From positions 70 to 64,069 of the forward strand of contig CAYOTC010000001.1 in the NCBI GenBank assembly GCA_964406815.1: a DNA stretch of 64,000 nucleotides, in the 5' to 3' direction. The DNA is from an uncultured Bdellovibrionales bacterium. GTDB lineage: Bacteria; Patescibacteriota; Minisyncoccia; Moranbacterales; UBA2206. This document shows positions 1-10,722 of this stretch, in pieces. Positions within the stretch are counted from its first letter, which is position 1. Every line of letters starts with the position of its first letter. A model generated the notes under the pieces. It was given only the letters and a program-made list of their open reading frames with translations. It had not been told where the DNA came from and made no database searches. Position numbers and translations under genes: made by a program.

Positions 1-154
1 TGGACTTTATTGTAAAATATATATAGACAGAGATCCTGAATTTAAGATTGTCATGCTGAATAAATTTTCAGCATCTGTTAACACAGATTCTAAAACAAGT
101 TCAGAATGACAGTAAAGAGAATTCAGGATGACATAGAGAAATAAAAATAAAAAA

Positions 155-3100
155 ATGAATCTCAAAAAGAAAACCAAATTAGGTTCCAGGTTTAAATTTT
201 ATAAGGGAAGCAGTTTTAGGGCTGGTTCTTTTTTGTTTTCGAAAAAGATAATTCTTGTATTAGCTTTGTTGATTTTATCGGCAGGGTTTCTTAGTTTTGC
301 TGGAAATGCACAAGCAATGGCTGGCGATTTGGATTTGAGTTTTTCTCCCGGAGTATTAAATGGTGCAAATGATTTGATACAATCCACAAATATCCAATCC
401 GACGGAAAAATATTAATCGGGGGATTTTTTACAACATACAATAATTACTCTATGTATTGCTCGTCTCAATTCTGATGGAACGTTGGATACATCTTTCAAC
501 CCTGGCACTGGAGCAAATAATAGTATATATGCCGTTGCTATCCAATCCGACGGAAAAATATTAATCGGAGGATCTTTTTCCTCATATAACGGCACAATAA
601 TAAATCGCATTGCCCGTCTAAATTCTGATGGTTCGCTTGATACATCTTTTAATCCCGGTATCGGCGCAAGTAGCACTATTTATTCTCTTGCCATCCAATC
701 TGATGGAAAAATATTAATTGGAGGAATTTTTTCCTTGTATAACGGTACGACAAGAAATCACATTGCCCGTCTAAATTCTGATGGATCATTAGATACATCC
801 TTTAACCCCGGCACTGGCTCAAATAGCGATATTAAATCTCTTGCCATCCAATCTGATGGAAAAATATTGATTGGAGGATATTTCACCTCATATAACGGGA
901 CTACAAGAAACTATATTGCCCGTCTAAATTCTGATGGATTATTAGATACGTCTTTTGATCCCGGCACTGGTGCAAGTAGTTTTATTTATTCTTTCTTCAT
1001 CCAATCCGATGGAAAAATAATTACTGGCGGAAACTTTACTTTATATAACGGCACGACAAGAAACCACATTGCCCGTCTAAATTCTGATGGTTCGCTTGAT
1101 ACATCCTTTGATCCAGGTACAGGCGCAAATTATGCCGTAAACTCAATTATCGTCCAATCCGATAAGGTGTTAATTGGAGGAGCCTTTACATCATATAATG
1201 GCACGACAAGAAACCACATTGCCCGTCTAAATTCTGATGGTTTACTTGATACATCCTTTGACCCCGGCACTGGCGCAAGTGGCACAATTAATTCCCTTAT
1301 CATCCAATCTGATAGCAAGCTAATTATAGGTGGGAGTTTCGGCTCATATAGTGGTGCATCTATAAATTGCATTGCTCGTCTTGATTCTGATGGAACACTG
1401 GATACTTCCTTTAATGTTAATAGTACAGGAATAAATAGTTATATAAATTCTGCAGTCATTCAATCCGACGGAAAAATATTGATTGGAGGAGCTTTTACGT
1501 CACATAATGGAATCTCTAGAAACCGCATTGCCCGTCTAAATTCTGATGGTTTACTTGATACATCCTTTGACCCCGGCACTGGCGCAAGTGGCACAATTAA
1601 TTCCCTTATCATCCAATCTGACGGGAAAATACTGATTGGTGGATCATTTTCGAACTATAATGGCATATTTAGAAACAGCATTGCTCGTCTCAATTCCGAT
1701 GGTTCACTGGATACATCTTTCAATCTTGGTACTGGTCCAAATAACTATACTCAGTCGATTGCCATTCAATCGGACGGAAAGATAGTTATTGGAGGAGGTT
1801 TTACGACATATAATGGCACAACCAGAAACTATATTGTTCGCCTAAATTCTGATAGATCATTGGATACATCATTTGATCCTGGTGCAGGAGCAAATAATAG
1901 TGTAACTTCTGTTGCTATACAATCTGACAGTAAAATATTAATCGGAGGAGGTTTTACAACATATAATGGTACAACTATAAATCGCATTGCTCGCCTTAAT
2001 TCCGATGGATCATTGGATACATCTTTTAATGTTGGTACGGGAGCGAGCAGTACTGTTCAATCTATTACCATTCAATCCGACGGAAAAGTACTAATAGGAG
2101 GATCTTTTACGTCATATAACGGCACAACTATAAACCGTATCGCTCGTCTAAATTCTGATGGTTCGCTTGATACATCTTTTAATACTGGTACTGGCACAAA
2201 TGCTTCAATTTATTCCATCAACATTCAATCCGACGGAAAAATATTAATCGGAGGAGGTTTTTCATCATATAACGGAACGGCTAGAAATAACATTGCACGG
2301 ATTAATTCTGATGGATCATTAGATAATGATTTTAACCCCGGAGCAGGAGCAAATAACTATGTGGCTTCTATTGCTCTCCAATCCGACGGAAAAGTGATCG
2401 CTGCAGGAGGTTTCAACAGCTATAACGATATTCCTGTCGCATACATCGCCAGAATCAACAATCCTCCGGTTACCACTCCAACTGTTACAACTAATGCGGT
2501 TTCTTCGATTTCATACACCATCGCCACAGGCAACGGAAATCTGACGTCAACCGGAGACGGTTCCACAACTAGATATATCCAATGGGGAATATCCTCCGGA
2601 ACATATACCTCAAGCTGTAACGCCGGAGCGACAACTTCTACCGGAAACTATTCTTGTTCTATGACTAGTCTTACTGCTGGCACGACATATTATGTCCGAG
2701 CTTATGCTACTAATTCCTCCGGAACCGGATACGGAGACGAAATAAGTTTTTCAACAACCGCCATAGCTGTTCCTACGGTAACTACTAATACTGTTACATC
2801 GATAAATTATACTACGGCTACTGGAGGAGGAAATGTCACGGCAACTAATGGCGCTAATCCGACAATCAGAGGAGTTGAATGGGGCACAGCTACTGGCTCT
2901 TACACTAACTCTTGTAATGCTGGAGCAGGAGGAATCGGAGCCTATACTTGCTCTATGACCAGCCTTACTTCCGGAACAACATATTATGTCAGAGCTTTTG
3001 CTACCAACTCCGCTGGAACCGGTTATGGAACAGAAATTAGCTTCAACACTTTATCTGGTTCTCCAACCGTTACTACTAATTCCACCACCAGCATTACTTC

Positions 3101-4373
3101 CATAGGAGCTACTGGCAATGGAAACATCACTAATACCGGAGGCAATAATCCCGAAAGATTTATCCAATGGGGAACAACTTCAGGAATCTATACCAGTGAA
3201 TGTACCGCCGGAACCGGAGGAACTGGAACGTATTCTTGTGCAATGAACAGTCTTACTCCTGAAACTACTTATTACTATCGAGCTAAAGCAACTAACTCAG
3301 GAGGAACCAGTTATGGAGATGAAAGTTCTTTTACTACTATTCCCGAAGGCATAATTATTCCCGATCCAATCCCTCAAGACATGACTGACGCTTACAATGA
3401 AGGATATATATCTATAGGAACCGGAACTCTTAATAGCACTAACCAAGTAACTACAAATCTTGACCTGACTATCACATCCAATAATGGCCAAGCCACTCTT
3501 CCCGTAAACACCCAAATCACCAACACCGACTCAGGCAACATCGATATGTCTCAATTCTCCATCTCTAACGTAACCACCCAGACCAAATCAACAATCTCCA
3601 CCACCAGAGGCTCAATCGAGATCGGTATCCCCAATACTAACTTAACTTTCTCCCAACCGATAGAAATATCAATAAGTGTAGGAACTCAATACAATGGAGA
3701 TATCCTGACTATCCAATCCCGATCCTACAACCAATCAGATTGGACCGATGAAGGCACCTGCACCGTCACCAACGGAATCTGCAGCTTCACTACCACCCAC
3801 GCCACCACCTATACCGTGAACGGAGACGGAACTATTACCGGAGAGACCAACATCAATACCAATCTCCCCATAGAATCAACCATCTCTCTCAGTTGTCCCG
3901 ATTCATTGGATCTAACCTCTATCACCGGCACCGGACAATCAACAATCGATACAAGCAACGAAGCTACCTGCAACATCGCCACCAACAACTCCAACGGCTA
4001 CAAGCTGGAATGGCAAGCTTCCAGTAATAATATGCAAAATTCCAATTCCGATACTATCAGTTCCTATACCCCAATAACTCCCAATGCTCCCGAACCTTGG
4101 CTCATCGACAATACCGCAAGTGAATGGGGAGCCAGACTAAAGAGCACCTCTACCGATAACGATACATCCACTTGGGGATTAAGTGATGGATATGACGGAA
4201 ACTGGTTAAACATAGATAACTCCACTCCATTTGAAATCATAAGAAGAACAGAAGAAACCGACCAATCCGGATCAGATGAAATCATCCAATTCGGAGCGGA
4301 AGTCGGATCAAACAAATTCCAACCTTCTGGAACTTACACTACTACAGTTACTATGACGGCGACGACGTTGTAA
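155..4373 (+). CDS. Giant secreted repeat protein. N-terminal signal peptide, then about 14 tandem ~51-aa repeats (LDTSFNPGTGA..IQSDGKILIGGSF.SYNGT.RN.IARLNSDGS; delta-60/TIGR02608-like from memory), then 3 FN3-like ~97-aa repeats and a T/S/N-rich C-terminal region. The two track ORFs (155..475 and 483..4373) look like one gene split by a frameshift near 440-482.
   Basis: Track ORFs 155..475 (signal peptide MNLKKKTKLGSRF...AGNAQA) and 483..4373. The first repeat unit is cut short (TYNNYSMYCSSQF*) while the other frame continues IARLNSDGTLDTSFNPG, matching the repeat consensus. Nucleotide periodicity 153 nt (about 330..2460) and ~290 nt x3 (about 2470..3345). Confidence 0.6.
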
Positions 4374-4443
4374 GACATATATCATATATCATGTAGCATG
4401 TAGCAGGAATCGGAGAACAAAAAACATAAAATACAAGATACGA

Positions 4444-4476
4444 AAAACAGTCTGCGGGAAGCGGGCTGTTTTTGTT
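4444..4476. terminator. Weak bidirectional terminator-like hairpin between the convergent giant-protein gene and the relA-like gene (A-run, ACAG...CTGT stem, T-run).
   Basis: aaaaACAGtctgcgggaagcgggCTGTtttt. Short stem, flanked by A and T runs. Confidence 0.3.
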
Positions 4477-4506
4477 AAATTCAACATTTAAAAATACGGA
4501 TAAATC

Positions 4507-6033
4507 TTATTTTTGATGAATTCCTATATTATCTTCGGTTTTTTTTAAGCTTTTTTTAATATGCGCTTTCGCAATGGAAGTTTTGACAAATTTCAGCCAG
4601 TCCCGACTGGGCTGTTTTTCTTCTTTAGAAGTTAATATTTCAATTACGTCTCCGTTTTTTATCGCGTAATCCAAAGGAACCATCTTACCATTCGCCTTTG
4701 CCCCAAGAGTCCTATTTCCTATGGAACTGTGAACCTTGAAAGCAAAATCGACCGGAGTGGATTCTTCCGGCAAATCGATTATATCTCCGAGCGGAGTGAA
4801 AGCGAAAATATGATTTTTGAAAAAATCAATTCGGAGACCTTCAACAAATTCTTGATTGTCTTTACCGAGTTCATTTTGCCATTCTCTAAGTTGTCGGACC
4901 CATGCCAATTCTTTTTCTGGAATATCAACCTTCGGTTTGCTTCGAAAAAAATAATCCCGAATTCCTTTTTTTCTTTCGGAATATAACCAGTGTGAAGCGA
5001 TTCCAAACTCAGCCTCGTCATCCATTTTTTTTGTACGAATCTGTATTTCCAAGAAATTTCCTTCTGGTCCAAAAATCGTTGTGTGAATCGATTGATACCC
5101 ATTGGGTTTTGGAAGAGAAACATAATCCTTAATCCTTCCGACCAAAGGGCGATATTTTTTATGGACTATTCCCAAAGCTTCATAACAATTGGTAACTTCC
5201 GAAACGATGATTCGGATCCCGATTAGATCATAAATCTTATTGATGTCCATGTCGTGTCTTTTCATTTTTTGGAATAGGCTGAAAAGATGTTTGGTTCTTC
5301 CGAAGATATCTATCACTTCAATTCCTTCAAGCTGAAGTTCTTTCTTGAGTTCCGTTATGACTTCATTAATGTATTTTTTTCGCAAATCATATTGGTCGCG
5401 AGTTAATTTGCTGACAAAATCATAATTTTCTCTGTCAAGAAATTTAAAGGATTGATCTTCGAGACGCGCTTTCATTTCTCCGATTCCCAAGCGATTGGCA
5501 ATTGGTGCAAATATTTCCAATGTTTCCAAGGCGATTCGATGGCGTTTTTCCGGTGGCAAATATTCGAGAGTTTCGATATTATGCAACCTGTCGGCAAGCT
5601 TTATAAGAACTACTCGGATATCAGCCGCCATTGCCAGAAACATTTTCCTTAAATTTTCCAAATAGAGCTCTTCTTTTGTTCCATGGAGTCTTATTTTTCC
5701 CAGTTTTGTTACACCATCAACCAGTCCGGAGATTTCTGGACCGAATTTTTTCTCTATATCTTTAAGTGTGACTTGGGTATCTTCTGAAACATCATGGAGA
5801 ATTCCGGCAGAAATCGTCTTAGATCCCATCCCGAGTTTAGCAAGATTGAGAGCAGTATGAAGTGAATGCTGGATATAATCACGGCCGGACTTTCTCAGTT
5901 GTCCTTTGTGGGCTAAGTTGGCTGTTTCATAAGCGCCACGTATCAAAGCTTCTCGTTTAAAATCTAAATTAAACCTAACGCTCTTGAGAACATCTTCAAT
6001 TGTGATTATTTCCGTGGCTGACATATTTTTCAA
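4507..6033 (-). CDS. relA: Bifunctional (p)ppGpp synthetase/hydrolase, RelA/SpoT family (HD domain, synthetase domain, TGS domain; no ACT).
   Basis: HD motif ILHDVSEDT. Synthetase-domain block KHLFSLFQKMKRHDMDINKIYDLIGIRIIV...YQSIHTTI. TGS-like IFAFTPLGDIIDLPEESTPVDFAF. Confidence 0.85.
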   Translation of the reverse strand: MKNMSATEIITIEDVLKSVRFNLDFKREALIRGAYETANLAHKGQLRKSGRDYIQHSLHTALNLAKLGMGSKTISAGILHDVSEDTQVTLKDIEKKFGPEISGLVDGVTKLGKIRLHGTKEELYLENLRKMFLAMAADIRVVLIKLADRLHNIETLEYLPPEKRHRIALETLEIFAPIANRLGIGEMKARLEDQSFKFLDRENYDFVSKLTRDQYDLRKKYINEVITELKKELQLEGIEVIDIFGRTKHLFSLFQKMKRHDMDINKIYDLIGIRIIVSEVTNCYEALGIVHKKYRPLVGRIKDYVSLPKPNGYQSIHTTIFGPEGNFLEIQIRTKKMDDEAEFGIASHWLYSERKKGIRDYFFRSKPKVDIPEKELAWVRQLREWQNELGKDNQEFVEGLRIDFFKNHIFAFTPLGDIIDLPEESTPVDFAFKVHSSIGNRTLGAKANGKMVPLDYAIKNGDVIEILTSKEEKQPSRDWLKFVKTSIAKAHIKKSLKKTEDNIGIHQK

Positions 6034-6094
6034 AAGACTTGTTTTTTTGGTTATTTATGGAAGCCGAGTCAAAAGCTTGGAAATCTTTTTAAAT

Positions 6095-8377
6095 TTATTC
6101 TTCGTACCCGCATTCTTTGTTTGAACATTTGGTTTTTCCCTTAGCGGCAAAAACCATAAGGCTTTTGCATTTCGGACAGTTTTTTCCAGTAGGCTTATTC
6201 CAAATAGCGAAGTCACACTTAGGATAGGCATTGCATCCATAAAATAATCTTCCGCGTTTTGATTTTCTTTCTATGATGTCTCCCGAATTGCATTTCGGAC
6301 ATTTTACTCCAACCTTATTTTCTATTTTCTTTATATTACTACATTCCGGATATTTGGAACATCCCAAAAAAGCTCCGAATTTTCCCCGTTTCAAAATCAT
6401 TTTTGATCCGCATTTGTCGCAAACTTCTCCGGAAAACTCTTCATCCATCTTTTTTTCTTCCGCTGTCTTTTCGGTATGTTTGCACTCCGGATAATTTGAG
6501 CAAGCGATAAATTTTCCAAAACGCCCAAACTTGATAATCAAATCTCCTCCGCAATCCGGACACTGCTTATCGATTTTTTCTTGAAAAGATTCTTTTTTAA
6601 CTTCTTTTGTTTTTGTTTTCAAATTTTTGTGGAAAGGAACATAGAAATCTCGGACTACCGGTACCCATTCTTTTTCTCCATTGGCGATGGAATCGAAATT
6701 TTCTTCCAAGGTGGCGGTAAATTCTGTGTTAACGATTTGAGGAAAATGTTCTACTAAGGCATCATTTACAACTGCTCCGATTTCCAACGGGAAAAGTCTT
6801 CGCTCTTCGTTTTTGTCGACATATTTTCTTTCGATTATGGTCGAAATGGTCGGCGCATAAGTTGAGGGCCGTCCGATTCCGTGTTCTTCCAAAATTTTTA
6901 CCAGTGTCGCTTCATTATATCTTGGCGGAGCTTGAGTTAATTTCTGGTTCGGCAAAAGTTCAAGAAGATTTAGCCTATTTCCAATTTCCATTTTGGGTAA
7001 GATGTTTTCTCCGTCTTTAGCAGGTACTTTTTTTCCTCCGCCATAAACTTTCAAAAATCCATCGAATTTCAAAGTTGATCCGAGAGCGGAAAAAGAATAT
7101 TCATTTTTTGATTTCTTATTTTCCGCCTTTATTTCAACTTTCATCGAATTGAAAATTGCTGGTGGCATTTGGGAAGCGATCATTCTTTCCCAAATAAGCT
7201 TATAAAGCTTGTAATGCTTCGGATCAATTGATAGTTTTAATTCATCAGGAGTTTTTTCCGGATAAGCCGGACGGATGGCTTCGTGAGCCTCTTGAGCGCC
7301 CTTCGATTTATTTTTGAAGAATCTTGGGCTTTCCAAGGCATATTTTTTCCCGAAATTCTTAGTGATAATTTTTTGAGCGGACAGAAGCGACTCCAAGGAA
7401 AGATTAACGCTGTCAGTTCTCATATAAGTTATAAATCCTTCCTCATATAGTTTCTGAGCAATCATCATTGTTTGCTTAGCGGAATATCCTAGGGTATTTA
7501 TGGCAGATTGCTGGAGAGTGGATGTTGTAAACGGAGGAAGAGGCGATCGGGTAGTTTCTTTTTCTGCAATATCGGAAACGGAGAAATCCGATTCATTGAG
7601 ATCAGATATTATTTTTTCTGCATCCGGCTGATTTTTTATTATAGTCTTCTTTATTCTATAGTCCCCGGCAAAAAGTTTGAGAGTCTCTGTGCTTTCTATT
7701 TTTTCTCCATTATTTTTCGTAAGTTCAGCTTCAAAAGTATTTTCCGCATCAATCCCATCTTCTTTTTTAAGTCTGGCAGAAATTTTCCAATATTCTTCTG
7801 GGTGGAATTTTTCAATTTCTCTCTCTCTTTCAACAATCAGTCGTACGGCGACAGATTGAACACGTCCAGCAGAAAGTCCCCGGCGGATTTTTTTCCAAAG
7901 AAAGGGGGAAAGTTCATAGCCGACTAGACGATCAACGATACGTCTGGCTTGTTGCGCATTAACAAGATTCACATCCAATTCTCTCGGATTTTCCAGCGCT
8001 TTTTCAATGGCGGTTTTTGTAATCTCATGAAAGACGATTCTTTCCGTTTTTTTCTCATCTTTCTTTGGCTTTTTTCCATCAGAGAGATCCAGCGCTTGGA
8101 CTAAATGCCAGGAAATCGCTTCTCCTTCGCGGTCTTCGTCGGTTGCAAGGATGACCTTATCTGATTTTTTAGCAAGTCTCTTAAGTTCTTCCACCCTATC
8201 GACAGCTTTTCCCGGAATGACATATTGCGGAGTGAAATCATTTTCAATATCAATACCCATTTCTTTAGTGGGTAAATCGCGAATATGGCCATAACTGGAC
8301 TTTACGGTATATTTTTTTTCTAAGAATTTAGAAATTGTTTTAGCCTTAGTGGGGGATTCGACAATTATCAGATTCAT
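6095..8377 (-). CDS. topA: DNA topoisomerase I with C-terminal multi-C4 zinc fingers.
   Basis: TOPRIM N-terminus MNLIIVESPTKAKTISKFL. Topoisomerase IA core. C-terminal repeated CPxCG / CxxC zinc-ribbon modules. Confidence 0.9.
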   Translation of the reverse strand: MNLIIVESPTKAKTISKFLEKKYTVKSSYGHIRDLPTKEMGIDIENDFTPQYVIPGKAVDRVEELKRLAKKSDKVILATDEDREGEAISWHLVQALDLSDGKKPKKDEKKTERIVFHEITKTAIEKALENPRELDVNLVNAQQARRIVDRLVGYELSPFLWKKIRRGLSAGRVQSVAVRLIVEREREIEKFHPEEYWKISARLKKEDGIDAENTFEAELTKNNGEKIESTETLKLFAGDYRIKKTIIKNQPDAEKIISDLNESDFSVSDIAEKETTRSPLPPFTTSTLQQSAINTLGYSAKQTMMIAQKLYEEGFITYMRTDSVNLSLESLLSAQKIITKNFGKKYALESPRFFKNKSKGAQEAHEAIRPAYPEKTPDELKLSIDPKHYKLYKLIWERMIASQMPPAIFNSMKVEIKAENKKSKNEYSFSALGSTLKFDGFLKVYGGGKKVPAKDGENILPKMEIGNRLNLLELLPNQKLTQAPPRYNEATLVKILEEHGIGRPSTYAPTISTIIERKYVDKNEERRLFPLEIGAVVNDALVEHFPQIVNTEFTATLEENFDSIANGEKEWVPVVRDFYVPFHKNLKTKTKEVKKESFQEKIDKQCPDCGGDLIIKFGRFGKFIACSNYPECKHTEKTAEEKKMDEEFSGEVCDKCGSKMILKRGKFGAFLGCSKYPECSNIKKIENKVGVKCPKCNSGDIIERKSKRGRLFYGCNAYPKCDFAIWNKPTGKNCPKCKSLMVFAAKGKTKCSNKECGYEE

Positions 8378-8448
8378 TTTTGAATTGTTAAACTGTTAAA
8401 TGGTTGAATTGTTTCAAAAATCAATTTAGCCCTTTAGCAATTAAGCCG

Positions 8449-9564
8449 TTAAATTATTATATAATTTTGTCCGCCGATATTTTTCACCCAGCCTTTTATT
8501 TCCATTATGGAAAGACTGGAAGCAACGACAGCAGTTTCCAGTTTAGTAATTTTTGCAATATTGTCAATGTGAGTAGGGGAAGAAGACAAGGAATTAAGTA
8601 TTAGTTTCTCTTCCTCATTCTCAGGATTTTTCTTGATGATTTCATTTTTTTCCGGGATGGGCGAGAAACTGAATTCTTCCAATATGTCCCCGACACTGGA
8701 AACCAATTTGGCGCCTTTTTTTATAAGATTATTTGTTCCTTCTGAAGCGGGAGAAAAAATACTTCCCGGAACGGAAAAAACTTGTCGATTAGATTCTAGT
8801 GCGTAATTTGCAGTTATCAGGGCGCCACTTTTTTCCGAAGCCTCAATAACGATTGTGCCCAAAGACATTCCGGCAATGATTCGGTTTCGGGCTGGAAAAG
8901 TCATTTGAGTGGCTGGAGTTTTTGGCGGATATTCGCTCAAAATCGCTCCCCCGGAAGCGATTATTTCCTGAGATAATCTGAAATTAGCGCGTGGAAAAAT
9001 ATTTTCATTATCAGGACTGCTTCCTAAAACAGCAACGGTTTTACCTTTACAATCAAGCGTGCTTCTATGAGCAATAGCATCAATACCGATTGCGAGACCT
9101 GAAATAATAATGAATCCCGCTCGGGCCAAATCATTAGCCAGTTGCGCCGCCACTTGTTCTCCATAAGGCGTAAATTTTCTTGATCCGACAATTGAAATCG
9201 ATGGATAATGATTGAAATTTAAATTGCCTCTCATATATAAGATATGGGGCGGTCGGGAAATTTCCTTGAGCAATTTCGGGTAATATTCATCATCAATGGT
9301 CAGCACGCGAATATTTTCTTTTTCAATTAGCGCCCATTCTTTGTTTGGATTAATGGAATTTCTTTCATTAGTGAATTTTTGAGCGAGTTTTTCTCCGATG
9401 CCACTGGCTATAAGTTGGGACAAATCAGCTTTCCAGGCAATTTCCGAGTCATGAAAATGGTCCAAAATCATTTGCATTTTTTGCGGACCGATTCCGGATA
9501 TTTTATTTATAGCGTGGAGGTATTTCATGGAGAAAGGATAACACAACTTGTTGCCCCTTGACAA
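8449..9564 (-). CDS. dprA: DNA processing protein DprA (Smf). The true start may be the internal Met at 9528 (MKYLHAINKISGIG).
   Basis: DprA Rossmann-like core GLAIGIDAIAHRSTL...SGALITANYALESNRQVFSVPG. Conserved dprA-topA synteny. Confidence 0.8.
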   Translation of the reverse strand: MSRGNKLCYPFSMKYLHAINKISGIGPQKMQMILDHFHDSEIAWKADLSQLIASGIGEKLAQKFTNERNSINPNKEWALIEKENIRVLTIDDEYYPKLLKEISRPPHILYMRGNLNFNHYPSISIVGSRKFTPYGEQVAAQLANDLARAGFIIISGLAIGIDAIAHRSTLDCKGKTVAVLGSSPDNENIFPRANFRLSQEIIASGGAILSEYPPKTPATQMTFPARNRIIAGMSLGTIVIEASEKSGALITANYALESNRQVFSVPGSIFSPASEGTNNLIKKGAKLVSSVGDILEEFSFSPIPEKNEIIKKNPENEEEKLILNSLSSSPTHIDNIAKITKLETAVVASSLSIMEIKGWVKNIGGQNYIII

Positions 9565-9587
9565 ATTCTGATGTTATGTGTTAGTAT
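9558..9587 (+). promoter_or_regulatory. Candidate sigma70 promoter TTGACA-N18-TAGTAT upstream of the 9627 gene.
   Basis: ccccTTGACAaattctgatgttatgtgtTAGTATttcg. Confidence 0.4.
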
Positions 9588-9626
9588 TTCGTGAAGCTAA
9601 AATAATTAATTTATTGCATAATATAT

Positions 9627-10697
9627 ATGAATAAGGAAAAGAATGCTAATAATATATCGCCTGCAAAAAAGGCTAAGGAAATTTTCGAATTTTATAACCT
9701 TATAGACAGGATGATTTTGACTTTGCCGGAAAGATCGCGGGATATAATCAAAAAAAGATTCGGAATAGTTGAGGATGGGACTCAACATACGCTTGAAAAA
9801 ATAGGCAAGGATTATAAGATAACGCGGGAAAGAATCCGCCAAATTATTGCTGACGCCATAAAAACGATCTGCAAAAGTGAACATAAGGATGATTTTCACA
9901 AAGCGGAAGATGAAGTGGTTTTTGCAATCGAAAAAAATGGTGGTATAATAAAAGAAATAGATGCGATAAAAAAATTGAATCTGGACGGCCTGAAGGAAGA
10001 AAACGCTATTCGGTTTTTTGTTGCTTGTTCAGAAAGAATAAAAGTTAAATTTGAAAATGGCAGAGTGGAAAAATCTTGGATTTCTGACGAAGCGGTAATG
10101 GATCAGTTTGGTCGAGTTGAGAAGGAAGCAAAACTTATTCTTACGGAGAAAAAAAAGCCGCTTAAGGATGAAGAAATAATCACTCATCTTTCTGAAAAGA
10201 TGCCGGATTTTTCCAAAGAGCATATTATGTCGCATCTGAGCGTTATGTCTCAAGTCAAAAGAAATGTTTTTGGAAAATGGGGACATCATAACTGGATGGA
10301 TATAAGACCGAAAGGTAGCAAAGAAAGAATTCATTTGGTTCTCAAGGAAGAAGGGAAGCCGTTGCATTTTACCGAAATAGCCAAACTTATAGACAAATAT
10401 GGACTTGGTAAGAAAAAATCTCATCCGCAAACGGTTCACAACGAACTTATAAAAGACGATCGGTTTGTTCTTATTGGTCGGGGAATATATGCGCTTAGAG
10501 ATTGGGGATATTACGAAGGCACGATCAAGGATGTTATTAGTAATATTCTCGAAAAAAGCGGACGTCCGATGAGGCGGGAAGAAATAATAGATGAAGTCCT
10601 GAAAATCAGAAAGGTGAAAAAAACTACGATTATGATTAATCTCAACAATCCGAAATTCTTCAAAAAAAACGGTGAATTATACAGCTTGAACAGATAG
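9627..10697 (+). CDS. Sigma-70 region-4-like HTH protein with a C-terminal winged-helix (HARE-HTH-like) domain.
   Basis: N-terminal LEKIGKDYKITRERIRQI resembles a sigma70 region 4 HTH. C-terminal HFTEIAKLI...DDRFVLIGRGIYALRDWG resembles a HARE-type wHTH. Confidence 0.4.
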   Translation: MNKEKNANNISPAKKAKEIFEFYNLIDRMILTLPERSRDIIKKRFGIVEDGTQHTLEKIGKDYKITRERIRQIIADAIKTICKSEHKDDFHKAEDEVVFAIEKNGGIIKEIDAIKKLNLDGLKEENAIRFFVACSERIKVKFENGRVEKSWISDEAVMDQFGRVEKEAKLILTEKKKPLKDEEIITHLSEKMPDFSKEHIMSHLSVMSQVKRNVFGKWGHHNWMDIRPKGSKERIHLVLKEEGKPLHFTEIAKLIDKYGLGKKKSHPQTVHNELIKDDRFVLIGRGIYALRDWGYYEGTIKDVISNILEKSGRPMRREEIIDEVLKIRKVKKTTIMINLNNPKFFKKNGELYSLNR

Positions 10698-10722
10698 GCC
10701 GGAAAGAAAATAAAAAGACTGG

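Noticed and set aside
330-3345. Highly regular 153-nt and ~290-nt tandem repeats; checked whether this could be a CRISPR array or non-coding satellite.
   Set aside because: The repeats are in-frame coding repeats of one long ORF, with amino-acid-level conservation and no short unique spacers, so this is not CRISPR.
7508-7927. Antisense ORFs inside topA (7508..7927, 7677..7859), relA (4729..5132 set), tyrS (21035..21607) and alaS (18103..18536).
   Set aside because: They are shadow ORFs wholly embedded in strongly supported genes on the opposite strand, with low-complexity translations.
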